DNA of 53,425 nucleotides, filler included, from Sphacelaria rigidula (lineage: Eukaryota): the NCBI GenBank assembly GCA_964200075.2. It is 4 parts of 4 records of this genome, joined end to end, with 100 filler letters (N's around TTAATTAATTAA, not from the genome) between each part and the next. Parts side by side here need not be neighbours in the genome. Positions count along the whole stretch, not along the records: positions 26,766 to 40,045 come from CAXNAA020002998.1; positions 40,146 to 53,425 come from CAXNAA020002999.1; 2 more parts are not named here. The stretch is one strand, 5' to 3'. The notes under the pieces are model-generated. The model was not told the origin of the DNA. It worked only from the letters and a program-made list of their open reading frames with translations, and searched no databases. Position numbers and translations under genes: made by a program. Below are positions 36,001 through 48,247 of this stretch, one piece after another (the first letter of the stretch is position 1; every line of letters begins with the position of its first letter).

Positions 36001-39000
36001 CAGCTTGTTCCCTCATAGTAAAAACTTGTTCGCAACGCACTGCGTGGTACTTCGAAACAGCATCTCCCTACATAAGCTTCCACCATCAAGCAAGATACAT
36101 CAAATATCGGAAAATAATCGCACGATATTCGCAGAATACCACCCCCCCCCGCTCTCCCCCGTAACACCACCAAATATCAACTTCAGGCCTTCGGTGGCCT
36201 ACATATCTTGGGAGTTATGAATATTCCCGAATTCAGGCATATATTTGTTTCGCAAGTATGAAATAGACCAGTGCCGAGAGGAGTTAACTAGGCATCAGAC
36301 CAAGATAGTGTCAGAGTATCGTAGCCCTATAGAAGATGATGAGGCGTTCATAGATCCAGCCGCAGGTCGTTCCAGACGCGCATGTGAATCAGCTCGACAG
36401 CCAAAAGAATGTATGTAGGTGTGTATAGGTCTACTAGTGATGATGCCGATTAGTTCTGCTTTAAATATTGATCCTTTCATGCTCCCGGCCATCACGAGAA
36501 CCCTCCAGTCTTCCCAAAAGGTTCACTGTCGTTGACAATGCCGTAACTAATGAAATGTAGCCAGTGCCGAGATAATGAGGGTTTATTCTTTCAATGAATC
36601 AATCGATTAAAATGTATGGCCTGAGGAGCAGGGGTTATTGCTTCCCCGTGTGTCACTTGGGCATCGGGAAAACTGTCATTGACCACTGTTTTTTTTGCAG
36701 CTCTGAGCCGCGCTATGCCTTGACTCTTTTGTTTTTCGCCACTTTCAACCCCTCCGCTTCCTCGGGACGAGTCCGTGATCCCAAGGACTTAACCCATCTC
36801 TCCCCCGGTACATGTCTCCTTACATTTTGGTGTGGCGGATTGAATCATGACTATCAGCACTCCCGCACCGAGTCGACTGTCGACGAAGAAACTCATACAA
36901 ATAGAATACTATTGTCAGTCGCGTACGTCCTCGCGTTTTTAACGACGAAAATAAGATACTTTTTGAAAACAAAACAAAAGTAGACCCTTCGGGCGGGAAT
37001 CGAACCCGTGTTTTCACCCATTTGATATGCGCCATTTGTACCATCAGACGACCGGGCCGCGGAGGCATACAGTCAGCTATTTCTCCGAAACGTTGTCATC
37101 AGTTGGTATGGTCATTCGCCATCCTATATTCATGGCATACGCGATGGGCGTTGTTTTCCGTACCTTGGCGAGAGATGCCGAGTGGCGTGCTCGCGGTGAG
37201 GAGTCCCGTGAAAAGGCGATGGCATGACATGAGGCTACGCAGTGTGAAAACGAGATCGACAGTGCTTGCGGGTGGCCTGGCAATTCTCTTACCGAGCCGT
37301 TTCAAGCGATAACTGAGTTGTGTTTGTGTAAATATATTCATGAGTAGTAAGCGCAATGGTGTTCCAGCTGGCTACATTGTAAACGGTTCACACGGTGTAG
37401 ACTTTGACGGTCGAGTAGAACCACGGCGAAGACACCGTGACTTGAAATATGCCGCCAGGGTTCCTGTAGTCAGTGGATAGTGCAAAAACTGGATCAAATG
37501 TCCCTAAACAGAAACAATCCAGGCAAAACAAAAGCCAACTGCTAGAAATACTCCAAGGATCGGTCGTACGTATCAAACGTTTAGATTCAAACTATTTTTC
37601 TTTGGCTTCCTGGTCTTACGGTATTCCTGGTTGTGCTCCTGCACAGGACAGTGTTGACAAACGTCGCCCAAAAAGGTGAGTGCTTAGATGAGGTCGTCAT
37701 ACCTCGACAGTGTTGTATAGATGAGTCATGTTTTCGTGCCACAATGCCGAAGTAGACAATGACGATACTTGCAAGTTACGAGGAACGTTCTTGATACACA
37801 CTGATGGGAATTGCGTTATGATGTTCTTTCTTTTCGAATTTTGAAAAAAAATCGTGAGTCATTGGCGTTCATTTCTGCCCTAGTTTAAGAAATAGTTTAC
37901 AGATGAACAGAAATGTTCACAAGTGGTTTTGTAATTCATTGGGGTTCATTTCTGCCCTAGTTTAAGAGATAGTTTACAGATGAACAGAAATGTTCACAAG
38001 TGTAAGTTACAAATCTGAAAGATGAAATATATACTTCGTATATATATATATTCAATCACTGGGAGAAATGCCCAAATATTTTGTATAATTTACCTCTAAC
38101 AATTACTGTTGGCTTGGTACAAATGGCCAGGCTGCTGCCGCAAGCGCGAAAACGACAGCGAAGATGGCATTGGATCGCGTCAGTCACAAGACTAAAATAG
38201 ACGTCTTCGAGAATGCTTTCAGGAAGATCAAGGAGGTGAGCGAGAATCGCGTGGAGGATACGTTTCGTAGTAGAACAACGGGACGTCCCAACAAATCCGC
38301 GGTCGATGGCACCGAAGGCCCCCGCTCTCTCAGAACCTCAACATCCTTGGGAGGGGCGGACAGGAGTGGGTGAGCTATTTACCCCCTCTGAGGTCGAGTA
38401 CATGCCTCTTATACTTGCGGGTCAGTGAGCACGTGTTGTTCTGTCAGGCATTACTTGTTATCTCTACGGCCGATAAAAATTTGAGACACTTCCTTCCTCT
38501 ACCGAGACTTGCCTTACAAAGAACATGAATTTCCAACGTGATTGGGCTTGTTTGTACATAACCAAAATTCCGCCATACCCTCAGAGTTATATGTGTTGAG
38601 ATATCACAATAGCCAGGGAGCTAATTGACCCCAAATTTAATCTCTTACGAAGTATTGGAGATTACTTCAAGCACGAAGCTCGTAGTCAGGGGCTCTAGCT
38701 ATCTAATTCGGTGGTTATTTGTGACAGATGAGCACTTTGCCGCCATGGACGGTTTTACTGTCCATGCGATCGGCGATGCGTTGTGATGTTCTGTGTACCG
38801 TTTACAGTATACAATGTATACCCTCCGATTCAGCAGTCACCGCTTGTTTCAAGAATACGTCAAGGCGAATTGGTTTGCATAGTCTGCAAAGTCTCCCCCG
38901 CAGTACTTCGACTTTCTTGTAATGCTTTCGTACATGGTTCGAACGAATGGCAGAAAACGCCCCAAGCATTCTTCTTCTTGTGAGGGAGGAGGCACGAGGT

Positions 39001-39804
39001 CGATGCAATGGTTAGGTCACAAAGCATGCGTATTTTGCTGCTATTGCCCGCGTCGCTGTTACGGGGTTGCGCCGTCAGGCAACGGGCGTGAGCGACGTGA
39101 ACGAGGTCATCCAGAAAATGATCAGCCAGGAGAGCACTGCCGAAAACCTCATGATTCTAACCAAGGAGAACCAGGTACACAGACAAGGCATCGCGCCGAG
39201 CAGTATAGCAACAAACGCCATAAATAGACGTACCAACAATCTCGACGTGTGAAGCCCGAGTACACCAGCGTGACTGAAGTTACTATTTTGCTAGCGCTGA
39301 TGACAATATCTGTGCTAGAGCGGGCTGTAACTGTGAATCAACCATGGCTCAGACGTTCGGCGTTCCATACGGAGGCATCGACTCATCTAGCACATGAAGA
39401 AGAAGCTGTATCGGTAGAGTTCAAGTCGTAACATCTTCACGCCACAGCGCATCACATCGTGTTGATAATCTTCCTCGTGTAAAGTCAGAAGACGCACGCG
39501 ATAGTGTACAGCAGCTACTGTCGCGAATGCACGAGGTACAAGCACGAAGAGCTATTCAAGAGTGCACGGTGATGCCTACAGGTGCCAGCCAACGACCCTC
39601 AAAAATAATGCTACGTCGGGGCAGCAGCAAGCCCGCAGAACCGGCAGAGCACAGTCCCGCACGCTGGTACACTGCATAATACCGTCACGTGTCGACTCTG
39701 TGTGGCAGGCGAGTATCGAGGCTCTGCACAAGCGTAAGGCCGCTCTCAAGGTGGCCGTGGAGGAGGTGAAATATTCTGGTCCGGGTGAGGGTCATCGAAG
39801 GAAG
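30053..39804 (+). CDS. CCDC151: Outer dynein arm docking/assembly coiled-coil protein, CCDC151/ODAD3 (Chlamydomonas ODA10) type; 3' end lost in the gap
   Basis: GT-AG, phase-compatible exons 30053-30142, 31189-31317, 31682-31752, 32548-32620, 32935-33066, 33579-33695, 34426-34553, 35534-35609, 38131-38235, 39079-39174 and 39709-39804 (371 codons). Family-typical IRMLENRLDKAMIKYNEAQSIRKTYEQIVKRLKEERVGFDNQL and FENAFRKIKEATGVSDVNEVIQK. Confidence 0.85.
30695..30951. mobile_element. MITE with GAG...CTC termini and 4-bp TSD (CCAC); Sola-like
   Basis: GAGCAATGCTACGGTAGGGGAGCA...TGCACCCCTCCCGTAGCATCACTC. CCAC at 30691-30694 and 30952-30955; homologous to 44621-44868. Confidence 0.8.
32110..32191. 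repeat. 82-nt near-perfect hairpin in CCDC151 intron 3
   Basis: ATGTTCACGAAGCGAACAGTTTACCCAT (28 nt) pairs perfectly with ATGGGTAAACTGTTCGCTTCGTGAACAT. Pairing continues with 3 mismatches to the centre GTGAGC|GCTCAC. Confidence 0.9.
36727..37066 (-). mobile_element. tRNA-derived SINE, copy 3 (more diverged)
   Basis: Minus strand has GGGTTCGATTCCC (B box, 36995-37007), TGCGGGAGTGCTGA, GGAGAGATGGGTT, GGACTCGTCCCGAGGAAGCGGAGGGGTT and an A-rich end. Confidence 0.7.
37859..38002. repeat. Direct duplication of 67 bp (period 77)
   Basis: TCATTGGSGTTCATTTCTGCCCTAGTTTAAGARATAGTTTACAGATGAACAGAAATGTTCACAAGTG occurs twice with 2 mismatches. Confidence 0.9.
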
Positions 39805-40045
39805 GTGAGGGTGCCCGCATGCGAAATATTCTTCCTTCCAGTCATCATCGCAAGGGCGACCCCACGGCTACGTGTGAGAGCGGAAAGGACGATCAAAACC
39901 GCTTCTCCTCTTGGTATGGATATGCGTAGTGCACGTCTCCACCCGCTTGTGCGAGGGGGGGGGGGGGGGGGGACAGCCGTGAAAAAAACCTCATAGACAA
40001 AGAAGGAGGGCAGGGGCGGGGGAAGAACAGGAGAAAAGAAGGAGG

Positions 40046-40145
40046 NNNNNNNNNNNNNNNNNNNNNNNNNNNNNNNNNNNNNNNNNNNNTTAATTAATTA
40101 ANNNNNNNNNNNNNNNNNNNNNNNNNNNNNNNNNNNNNNNNNNNN
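40046..40145. other. Artificial scaffold linker/gap
   Basis: N44-TTAATTAATTAA-N44. Confidence 0.97.
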
Positions 40146-40371
40146 CGCTGTCCGTGTCCGGTAGTGGGGCTCCGGTCGGGCAGGGGTGGCGGGGGGGGGG
40201 GGGGGGGGTGCACAGAACGGTCAAAATTACATCACTTCGCACATAACGGTCACACTACGGCTGGATGCACTGCATACGTTGGAACTTCTATGAACTGCTA
40301 CCTACCATTTTCCACTTCGTCTTCATCAAACAAAAAGGATACAAAACAACAACTAGGTACTACACACGAAC

Positions 40372-43300
40372 CTCGATGATACTGATCCACTCGTTCGGCT
40401 CCAAATTCACCCCGACCAATTCGATCAATTTCCCGCACCACCCGGACACGTCGACGCCCTCGAAGTAGTCCGTAGTGCCCGAGCTCGTCCAAGTGGTGGC
40501 CAATACGCCGTCCACGTACACCTCGATCGTTCTCGTCCTCGTTGTGCCCTTGTACAGCGCTGGAGAACGGCGAACGGCGCCATTAATCGAAAGTAAGCAC
40601 GCGGCGGGAAGCGCGACGGACGACTACAGTAGAGCATGCGTCGTGTGAGTGAGGCGGGCCGGACCGCACCGGGGGGAAGCACGTGTGAACTAACGGAATG
40701 TGGACGTCCTCTGTCGGTCTGAAGAGCGTGAAAATCGCTAAAGTGATATTTTGAAAGGCCCAGCGGGAGTCGTGGACGTTATCAAGAAAGCGTCCCCGTC
40801 GAAGGTAGGGGTGGACATGTCCAAAGGGTAATGAGCGCACACTCGACATAAAACGAGGCACGTACGCACGGGCACGCGCGCTGGGGGCGGGGCTACAAGA
40901 CAGTCACCGACAACGTGACATTTCGCGCTCCGGTGGTCGAGCTGCTACACACATCAGCGCTGGTTCAGGCGGGGCAGACGTTTAGGCTTCAGATTCTGAC
41001 GTCAGTTGAGCCATTGTTGTGGTTTCCGTCATCTCGAAAAAAGCGCGGGAGCGAGAGCCTACGCCAAATAAAGACCGGGCGCGGTTTGCGGCTGCTACTG
41101 GTGGTGTGAGTACGGCTACTCTTGATGCATACCCAAGCGAAGATGCGAAAGGTGCCGCAAAGCTCCCAAGTCGTAGGAGATGGTGCAGGGGCCGCCGAGC
41201 CATGGACGGCACGACCAGCGAGACTGTAGCTCGTGGCTACCATCCTGTCAGGGTCCCAAGACATGGAAGACACGCACGTACAGCATGTATATCGAGAGCG
41301 AATCGAAAGAGAAGCAACTTATCTCGTCAGCTGTCTCTTTGACTGCTACATAAGCGACCCCCTAGTACCACCTGCCGGTCATGCCCTTTTGGGTCCGAAG
41401 AAACTCATCACCCGACGATCATGTCCGCAGCATTTTGCTGCAGTACAGTTCATTCAGTACATGGCGTGAAAAATGATATTTTGCCGAAATGCGTCAAGTC
41501 GGACACAAACGGATGTACGAACCGTAGTGTGTTCGCGCTTAGAGGCGGCAAACAATAATAACAGTAGTGAAATGTAGATGCGGCGGGCAAAAGAAAACTT
41601 CTGTTCTTCCCTTCACATGATACATGACACTACTCGCAATGTATGCTACTACTGTAGAGGTTGCTCCTCAATAATTACCCTCGTGTTGGCAGCGACGCAT
41701 CCGATAGGGTCACATCCATAGTTGTCCGAGAGATTGTAGTCGAACAGCTCCGCCTCCGTAGTAACGGTTCCCAGGGTGCCAGCCTCGACCACGGTGGACA
41801 GAACGGAATCATCCACCAGAATCTCCAGCTGGGTCACAATTATAGCGTTTCAAGTCGATCCGGAGAGTTGACACCGCGCGCGCGGGTGCATAGACAGGCA
41901 TATGGGCGCGTGGGTGAGCAGCTGCTATGTTTCAGCATTTCGGGGTACAGTACATGAAGTAGGTCTGTGTGGTAGGTATGCGGAGCAAAGCTGCTTGGGG
42001 CACGGTAAGATGCGCGCACGGATATTTTGGGGGTGTCTAAACCCAGGTACTTCAAGGGGGCTCGCAACTCTTGTCACATACGTCAATGTCCTCCCTTCCC
42101 ATGTCAAGAATATATAGGTACCATTTCCCTCCCCCCCCCCCCCCCCCCCCCACGTCGCGAAAGCGCGGCGGGGGCGCTGGACCGACGCGCAATGGGAACA
42201 CAAAAAAGGNNNNNNNNNNGGCCAAATGACTAAGGCAAGCAACAAATGAGTACGCCCCCCTCCCCCCCCCGCCCACTAGGAGGGTTTCAGGGGGGCAATG
42301 TGGGGTTTCGTCACTTGTTCACGCGTATTCATACGAGCAGCCCTGGGCTAACGGCCGAGCACCGGTCAGAACCTTTTACATGGAAGCAATAGGTGACCAA
42401 GGCAGGCGGTGCCGATGTGTTTTTACTGTTTCATACGTTGTGAAGAGGGCGAAAATGTACGTCCAAAGTGACCGGCAGGCATGTCTGTATTGTTCACGTC
42501 GAGCTGAGACGTTAATTCTTTGATGATGTCCTAAAATAGTACAACTGCAATATGGTGAACAATATCACAGTAGTCTGTGCACCCCCCCCCGCGGGAATTC
42601 TATGGGCGGAACGGCGTTTTGTGGCTGTGGCTACCTCAAAATACTCCAGTTATATTTCAGTGATGTGGTTTACCCCCCTTCTGTTGACCCGATCTGTATA
42701 CCAATGACCCTGGTCCGTCAATCGGGGACAGTCATCCTGAGCCTGTCAACCCTAGGATTGTTGTTCTCCAACCCCTAGTTCGGGTTATTATGGTGATGCC
42801 CCTCACTCTGGGTGTTGTTCCTCAACACCCATTGCCTTTGTCTTCCTCAAACGCTGTGATTGCTACATCTATTGACCCGACCCTCATACGATTGACCCGG
42901 GCCTGGCAACCCGAAACCGTCAGCCTGGGCCACGGGTCACCTTGACTCCCCAAAAAACAAAATCCTCGAGGACCTCAATAACATTTCGTTTATTGGAATA
43001 TAAATTTGTATGGCATGTAGTAGTCGTCGATACTACCAGTAGTAGGTGAAAGAATGCGACCATATATATTTCAAGAATTGGTGCGGGTACGAAGATTTTA
43101 ACTCCCCGGGTTATCATCCTGAAGGGAAAACTTTATCCTCAATTTTGAAAACCGGCTGTTTTTTTTCTGTACCGCCCTTCCTTTGCTCGGTGCATTTCCC
43201 CTTCGCGAGCGTTGGCGCGTTTGATTCTATATCGGGGCATGTCTTATCTTATATGGCTACACCACGGTAGTATTTGGCCCTTGGCTTAGCAAACTCTTGA

Positions 43301-46300
43301 ATTATTATGGCGGTGCTGTCCGATCAAACAAAAAGAGCGATCGTATAATCATCCAATCGATACCTCCGCAATGGCTATCCATTCTCGTATGCCGAGGATG
43401 CCCACGACCTCAATGGTCGAGCCGGTACCGGAGCAGTCGATGGTTTCGAAGTCCGTCGTTGTGCCCGAGCTGGTCCATGTCGTGGCCAGCTCGCCGTCGA
43501 TGTATATTTCCAGCGTCCTCAATCTTTGGTCGCCCTTGTACAGTGCTGCGGGGTTAAAAGCGCCCAGGAGAATATTGGCGAAAGGATGAGTACGCAGAAC
43601 ATTAATCCTAAAAGGCTTTCTTGATCAGAAAGGCAAGAATAATGTATGGTTGGTTCATGGGTGACTTCGACAAGTAGCTAACTTCACTCCCCCCTCCCAC
43701 CCCCGCCTGTGCCCCTGTAACGAGATGAAGCTCATACTTGTGCGAAAGAATGTGCGCAAGTCGCCGAATGTGCCGAATCGACCGTCCTGGATAAACTACA
43801 CATACATACAATCTTTGGCAATCGACAATAACAATAAAGGTACTAAAAAAAGGCGAAGCGGGAGATGTAAGACGGGACGAACAACGTTCGTTTGAAATCT
43901 CACCTATCTTGAACCCCTCAATGGTGAGCGGGTCGGCGAGGGTGTAGGTGATGGAGCATGTATTTCCGGAATTCCACGGGTGTAGACACGACCAGCGAGA
44001 TTGGAGGTCCGTCAAGTCGCCATCCTGCATCATTTTTGCCGTGAAGAAACCGAACGTTAAAACGTGAAACGCGCAACTAATATATTATGCCATCTTTATT
44101 TAGGCTTTTTTTGTTTCTTTTATGCGCTTTTTTTGTTTTTCTATGCGTTTCATTGCTCTCATATTTAAGCTCAAAAGTGAAAATTGTGCGCCGCTTTATT
44201 ATGCGTATTTTGGTGAAATATGCGCGCCTTATCATGTGCCTTTTTCGCGTACTTGTTGTGGCGAGAGCCGCCGTCTGATGTGCAATATGACACATTCATT
44301 TTTCATCACCTTCACACATGAACAAAAAGTAGTTTACATACAGCACAACAACCGATATCAGACTCACAACGAGGTTAAAAAAAACCCTACGAACACAAAC
44401 GCCAAGATACCACGAGCCACGCCACATGAAGCACCTGTGGGCAGCTACTACTACTTACTGGGGAGGGGATGTATAATCAACATCCCGTAGTGGAGTACTG
44501 TATGCCAAGTTATGCATAAATCTTGGCTTGAAGCTCTATGCATTTGTTACGCTAAAATCTCAAAACATATACTTCGCTTTTTTTTTCAACGCATAATAAG
44601 TCATGCGCAAAACCCGTTTTGAGCGATGCCACGGTAGGGGTGCACTCTTTGCGCAAAATATTGTCTGGTTCAGGGGCTCCTAAACTTTCTAGATGCACAA
44701 GAATATGAGTCCGGGTATCCCCGTTTGCATGTTCATTCAAGATATCCCCACGAGTAGCACATTGAAATAGTATTCCTGGAGTACTCTCACATGTTTCTCT
44801 AGGGATGAAGGGCTTCTAACAATTCTAACCTCAGAAAATATTTGTGCACCCCTACCGCAGAATCACTCGTGATGCAAAATTATTGGTGCGCATAATAAGA
44901 AATAATCAGGATGGCACGGACAGGGCGAATATGAGTATCGACATCAACTTGTGCTAGGTGAGCCGAGTTCTCAATTACAGGCAAATAAAAATCACCTCCT
45001 GCAGGTTACCCGCCAATTCCAATTATTAACGTATTGTCTCCGTACGGTAACCAGATGGTCGCATGTTGTGCGCGCTGAACAAGATGGTTCGCGCCACATT
45101 GCGCGCTCGATTGTACGCCAACAAACTGGATTTACTGTATTATATTATAGTTGAAGTGTTTCTGGTTGGTTCATAATGATGCTGGTGATTTCCGGCTCGA
45201 GCAACACGGTGTGAAAACGGGTCTACAAGTCAGTGGCGAAGGGCAGTTTCCGATGGAGAGGGCGAGTTGTTTTCTGACACCATTCTCATTTTCATGCATA
45301 TCACGCGCAGCCAAAAGGTTGAGAGATACACAAAACCCGTACAGTACAACATGCTGTCGTACTGGTCGAATTCCTCGTACAGTTCCCTCGTGAGCTCAAA
45401 CCAGAATAGAGCACAGAACCACTGGCAAGCTCTCTACACTTCGTGAAACAAACCCTGACGATATTCCAAACCATCGCCCGCATCTGAACTCCCCAAAAGC
45501 AAGCGCTGGAGAGAACACCGGAGGAGACGAGTACAAAGAAACTGAATATATTCCGGTGTGCACCCCTTACGTACGCAGTTGTTCGCAGGTGGTTGGTCCG
45601 CGAATAGTGATTGATTTCCATCCGAACCCCGGTGTTATATTGAGCGAATAAGGCTATTACGTTGACGGATAAAAAGTGCCTCATATTTTAGACAAGATAT
45701 CCTCGAGGGCAACATATTGTCGAAGACACCATGCACACCACAGCAAACGTTCACCGCATGCGTGCTACATGGATCGGCGAGTGATGCACTTAAAAGGGGG
45801 GCGTTGCTTAGAAAGACAGGGACGGCAGGGGGAGCAACAAGCACAACAGGCAAGTCGAGTGCGTTTCACGAGTACCGAAAATCAGCACTGGGGTGCTTCA
45901 ACCGCGGCTGCGGATATTACCAAAACAGAAAATAATCGCACAGGCATGCATGGTCCAATGATGGTCCATGGTGTTTCTCATCAGGGCGTGAAACTTTGCG
46001 AGGACACCCCTCACTGACGAGCGTACACGACTCCAGGCAGCACCCTACGATTGAACGCGCCCGTCTCTCTTGCGTATATGACACGGTATCATACAGAGAG
46101 TGGCAATATACCAACACGATTAGATGCCTTGTTCTTACAGAAATCGAAAGTTCGATCGGTGTCCCTCTCTCGTATGCATGGCAGCATATTACAGGCAATG
46201 ATACACTATAATAACGATATCCCCAACTTCCGTACTCACCCGGGTTAGGTCGCCCACACACCCTTCAGGCTCGCAGCCGTAGTTGTCGGAGAGGTTGGTG

Positions 46301-46431
46301 TCGTACAGCGGAGCGGAGACAGATACCGTTGTTACCGTCCCGGCATCAACGATGGCCGCCTCGGTTACACACGGCGGCAGGACAGCAGCTGCTGCGGCTG
46401 TTGCTATGGCTATCGCGAAAAGTGGCCTCAT
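40372..46431 (-). CDS. Secreted protein with two tandem ~150-aa F5/8 type C (discoidin)/galactose-binding-like repeats; 3' end unresolved
   Basis: Exons 46240-46431, 43904-44024, 43364-43545, 41679-41828, 41133-41244 and 40372-40559, all GT-AG and in phase (315 codons). Signal peptide MRPLFAIAIATAAAAAVLPPCVTEA. Repeat core D.NLSDNYGC.P.GCV...TR-DG....QSRWSC...C.I.Y.L...-ALYKG..R.RT.E.Y.DG.LATTWTSSGTT..FE..D.SG....IE.VG....EWI.I.E. Confidence 0.85.
42220..42272 (+). repeat. Short LINE-like 3'-terminal tag next to a 10-N gap
   Basis: GGCCAAATGACTAAGGCAAGCAACAAATGAGTACGCCCCCC matches the reverse complement of about 15890-15930. Confidence 0.65.
44621..44868. mobile_element. GAG...CTC MITE, copy of the 30695 family
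   Basis: GAGCGATGCCACGGTAGGGGTGCAC...GTGCACCCCTACCGCAGAATCACTC; shared internal TTCTAGATGCACAA and CTAACAATTCTAACCTCAGAAAATA; no TSD visible. Confidence 0.8.
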
Positions 46432-48096
46432 GATTGATGGTAGTTGTTTATTGTACCCGGTTTTCTTCTAAAATCCAGCTTGAGGCTTAGGTAGTAAGTA
46501 GCACTGAGAAAGCGAGCAATAATCCTGATCACTCGTGAAGGTAGATGCAGCGGTGGCTTGCAAGGTATATATAGCTTGTTGAAGAGTATTCGCGGTGAGA
46601 GTTGCGAGAAGATGATGCGCTGATAAAATGAAATGGTGTGGGCGACCCAACAACCATCTGAGCTGAACTTGAGAGGAAAATGACATATACTGGCAGAAAG
46701 GAATCTTGAGTAAAGTTCTCTATCCGCAACGAATTTTATTCGAGATTCCGATGAAGATATTCCGTGCAAAGGTATGAGATCAACAGAGTTTACAAAGTGG
46801 TCGGAAATAATGGTCGTTACTTGATTTCAGTGGAAAAGCCAATGTTTGAATCTTTCGACGGGTTGAGATTCCCAAGTCCCAAGTGCTTCCGGCTCGATCG
46901 CCCAGAACGTGTTAATGTCCACAATCGGCGCAGACGTTGCTTAAGACACCCTCTGCACACCCCGTGCCCGATAGCGCTTTTATGTGTTCGTCTGGGTTAG
47001 AGACAGGGTTAGGGCGTGCCTTGAGCACTTTTTTTCTCGATCGAAAAAATGGGGCGGTGAAACCGATATGAGCGAAATTCGCTCAGTTTTCTCGAGTACA
47101 GCAGGGTCCAAGCGAATTTTCAATCTTTTGATCGGATAGACTGAGATTCGTGAAACGGTACATGGTCACTCGTCTACAGTATAGACAGTAGACAGTCTGT
47201 AGTGATTGTCTGCACTGCTTACAGAAGCGTTTTGAATCTGCGTGCGTGTTTCGTCAGGAGGATATAAAATTTTTCAAGCGAAGCGGGCAACGTGCAGTGC
47301 AGACAGCCCAGGACTATCAGTTTTCTCTGCTTACAATACGACGTGAAAAGGGTTTCAACAACGTGCAGCTTCGTACTGCCTGCGCACTGTCCATGAGCGT
47401 GCACGCAACTCGATTGCCCACCGTACCACGCAGTTCCGTCGCTGATCCATACCATGAAAGAAGATGCGCAAGTTCTCCCCAACAAACACGATACCCAAAA
47501 ACTTAGCACACCTAAAAACTGCAGCGATATCTGCTGCAGGATTGCGGTGGTAGCTGGGCATGAGTTGGATGTTTGATGGACTTTGCATGGTCCTGTGAAC
47601 AGGTGTTATCTGGCGTGGTGGTCTGTAAGATGGGAGTCAAGTGCGGCCGGCCTCGTGCCTTTCGACGGCGTGTTTTCAATCGAAAAATATTATTTTCGAC
47701 CGCATCTTGACGACCGTGATTGATCAGGATGATCATTCCCCGCCTCTCGGGCCTTGTTCCCGGCTTGAAATCTTGCGCGGGAAGCTTCCAAACACACATG
47801 GCTAACTCAGTGGGCTTTTCGGCTGCTCTACGGATACTACTGTAGACACTCTCCCGCCCCCCGGCCACTAGAAACTCCCGAATGTTCCCTGACTGGTCAA
47901 CCTGTCGAACTGTTTTGAGGCGACGCTCGCTGTCGAAGCGTTAACAATTTCTCGGCCTGGTTCCCGTTGCGTTCGTACAAACAAGCGACGTTACCGCGCC
48001 ACACTGCAAGTGTCGTGGATGCGGTAATGCTTTGTAATGGATCACAATCGAACGACCGCAGTGCGTTATATCTTGTCAAGATAGATGAAGCCATCG

Positions 48097-48177
48097 CAAA
48101 GCAAGCTGTCTGATCTTCAAATATGTTCACAAGAGCCGCCAAAGCAAGCTGTCTGATCGTCAAATATGCCCACAAGT
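48097..48177. repeat. Two-copy direct repeat, period 43
   Basis: CAAAGCAAGCTGTCTGATCKTCAAATATGYYCACAAG at 48097 and 48140. Confidence 0.8.
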
Positions 48178-48247
48178 TCGTGCAGTTTCAAGGAAAAAGT
48201 GAAAAAAAAAAACAGTCCCGCAGGGATGTGTGTTTGTGTGTGTCTTA

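Noticed and set aside
39805..40372. CCDC151 and the secreted-protein gene as true convergent neighbours
   Set aside because: Both gene models are incomplete next to an artificial linker; real distance and order are unknown.
40372..40450. Apparent frameshift in the last exon of the secreted protein (suggested by ORF 40298-40492)
   Set aside because: Base-level reading gives GTG TCC GGG TGG TGC GGG AAA TTG ATC GAA, in frame through EWISIIE; the gene is intact here.
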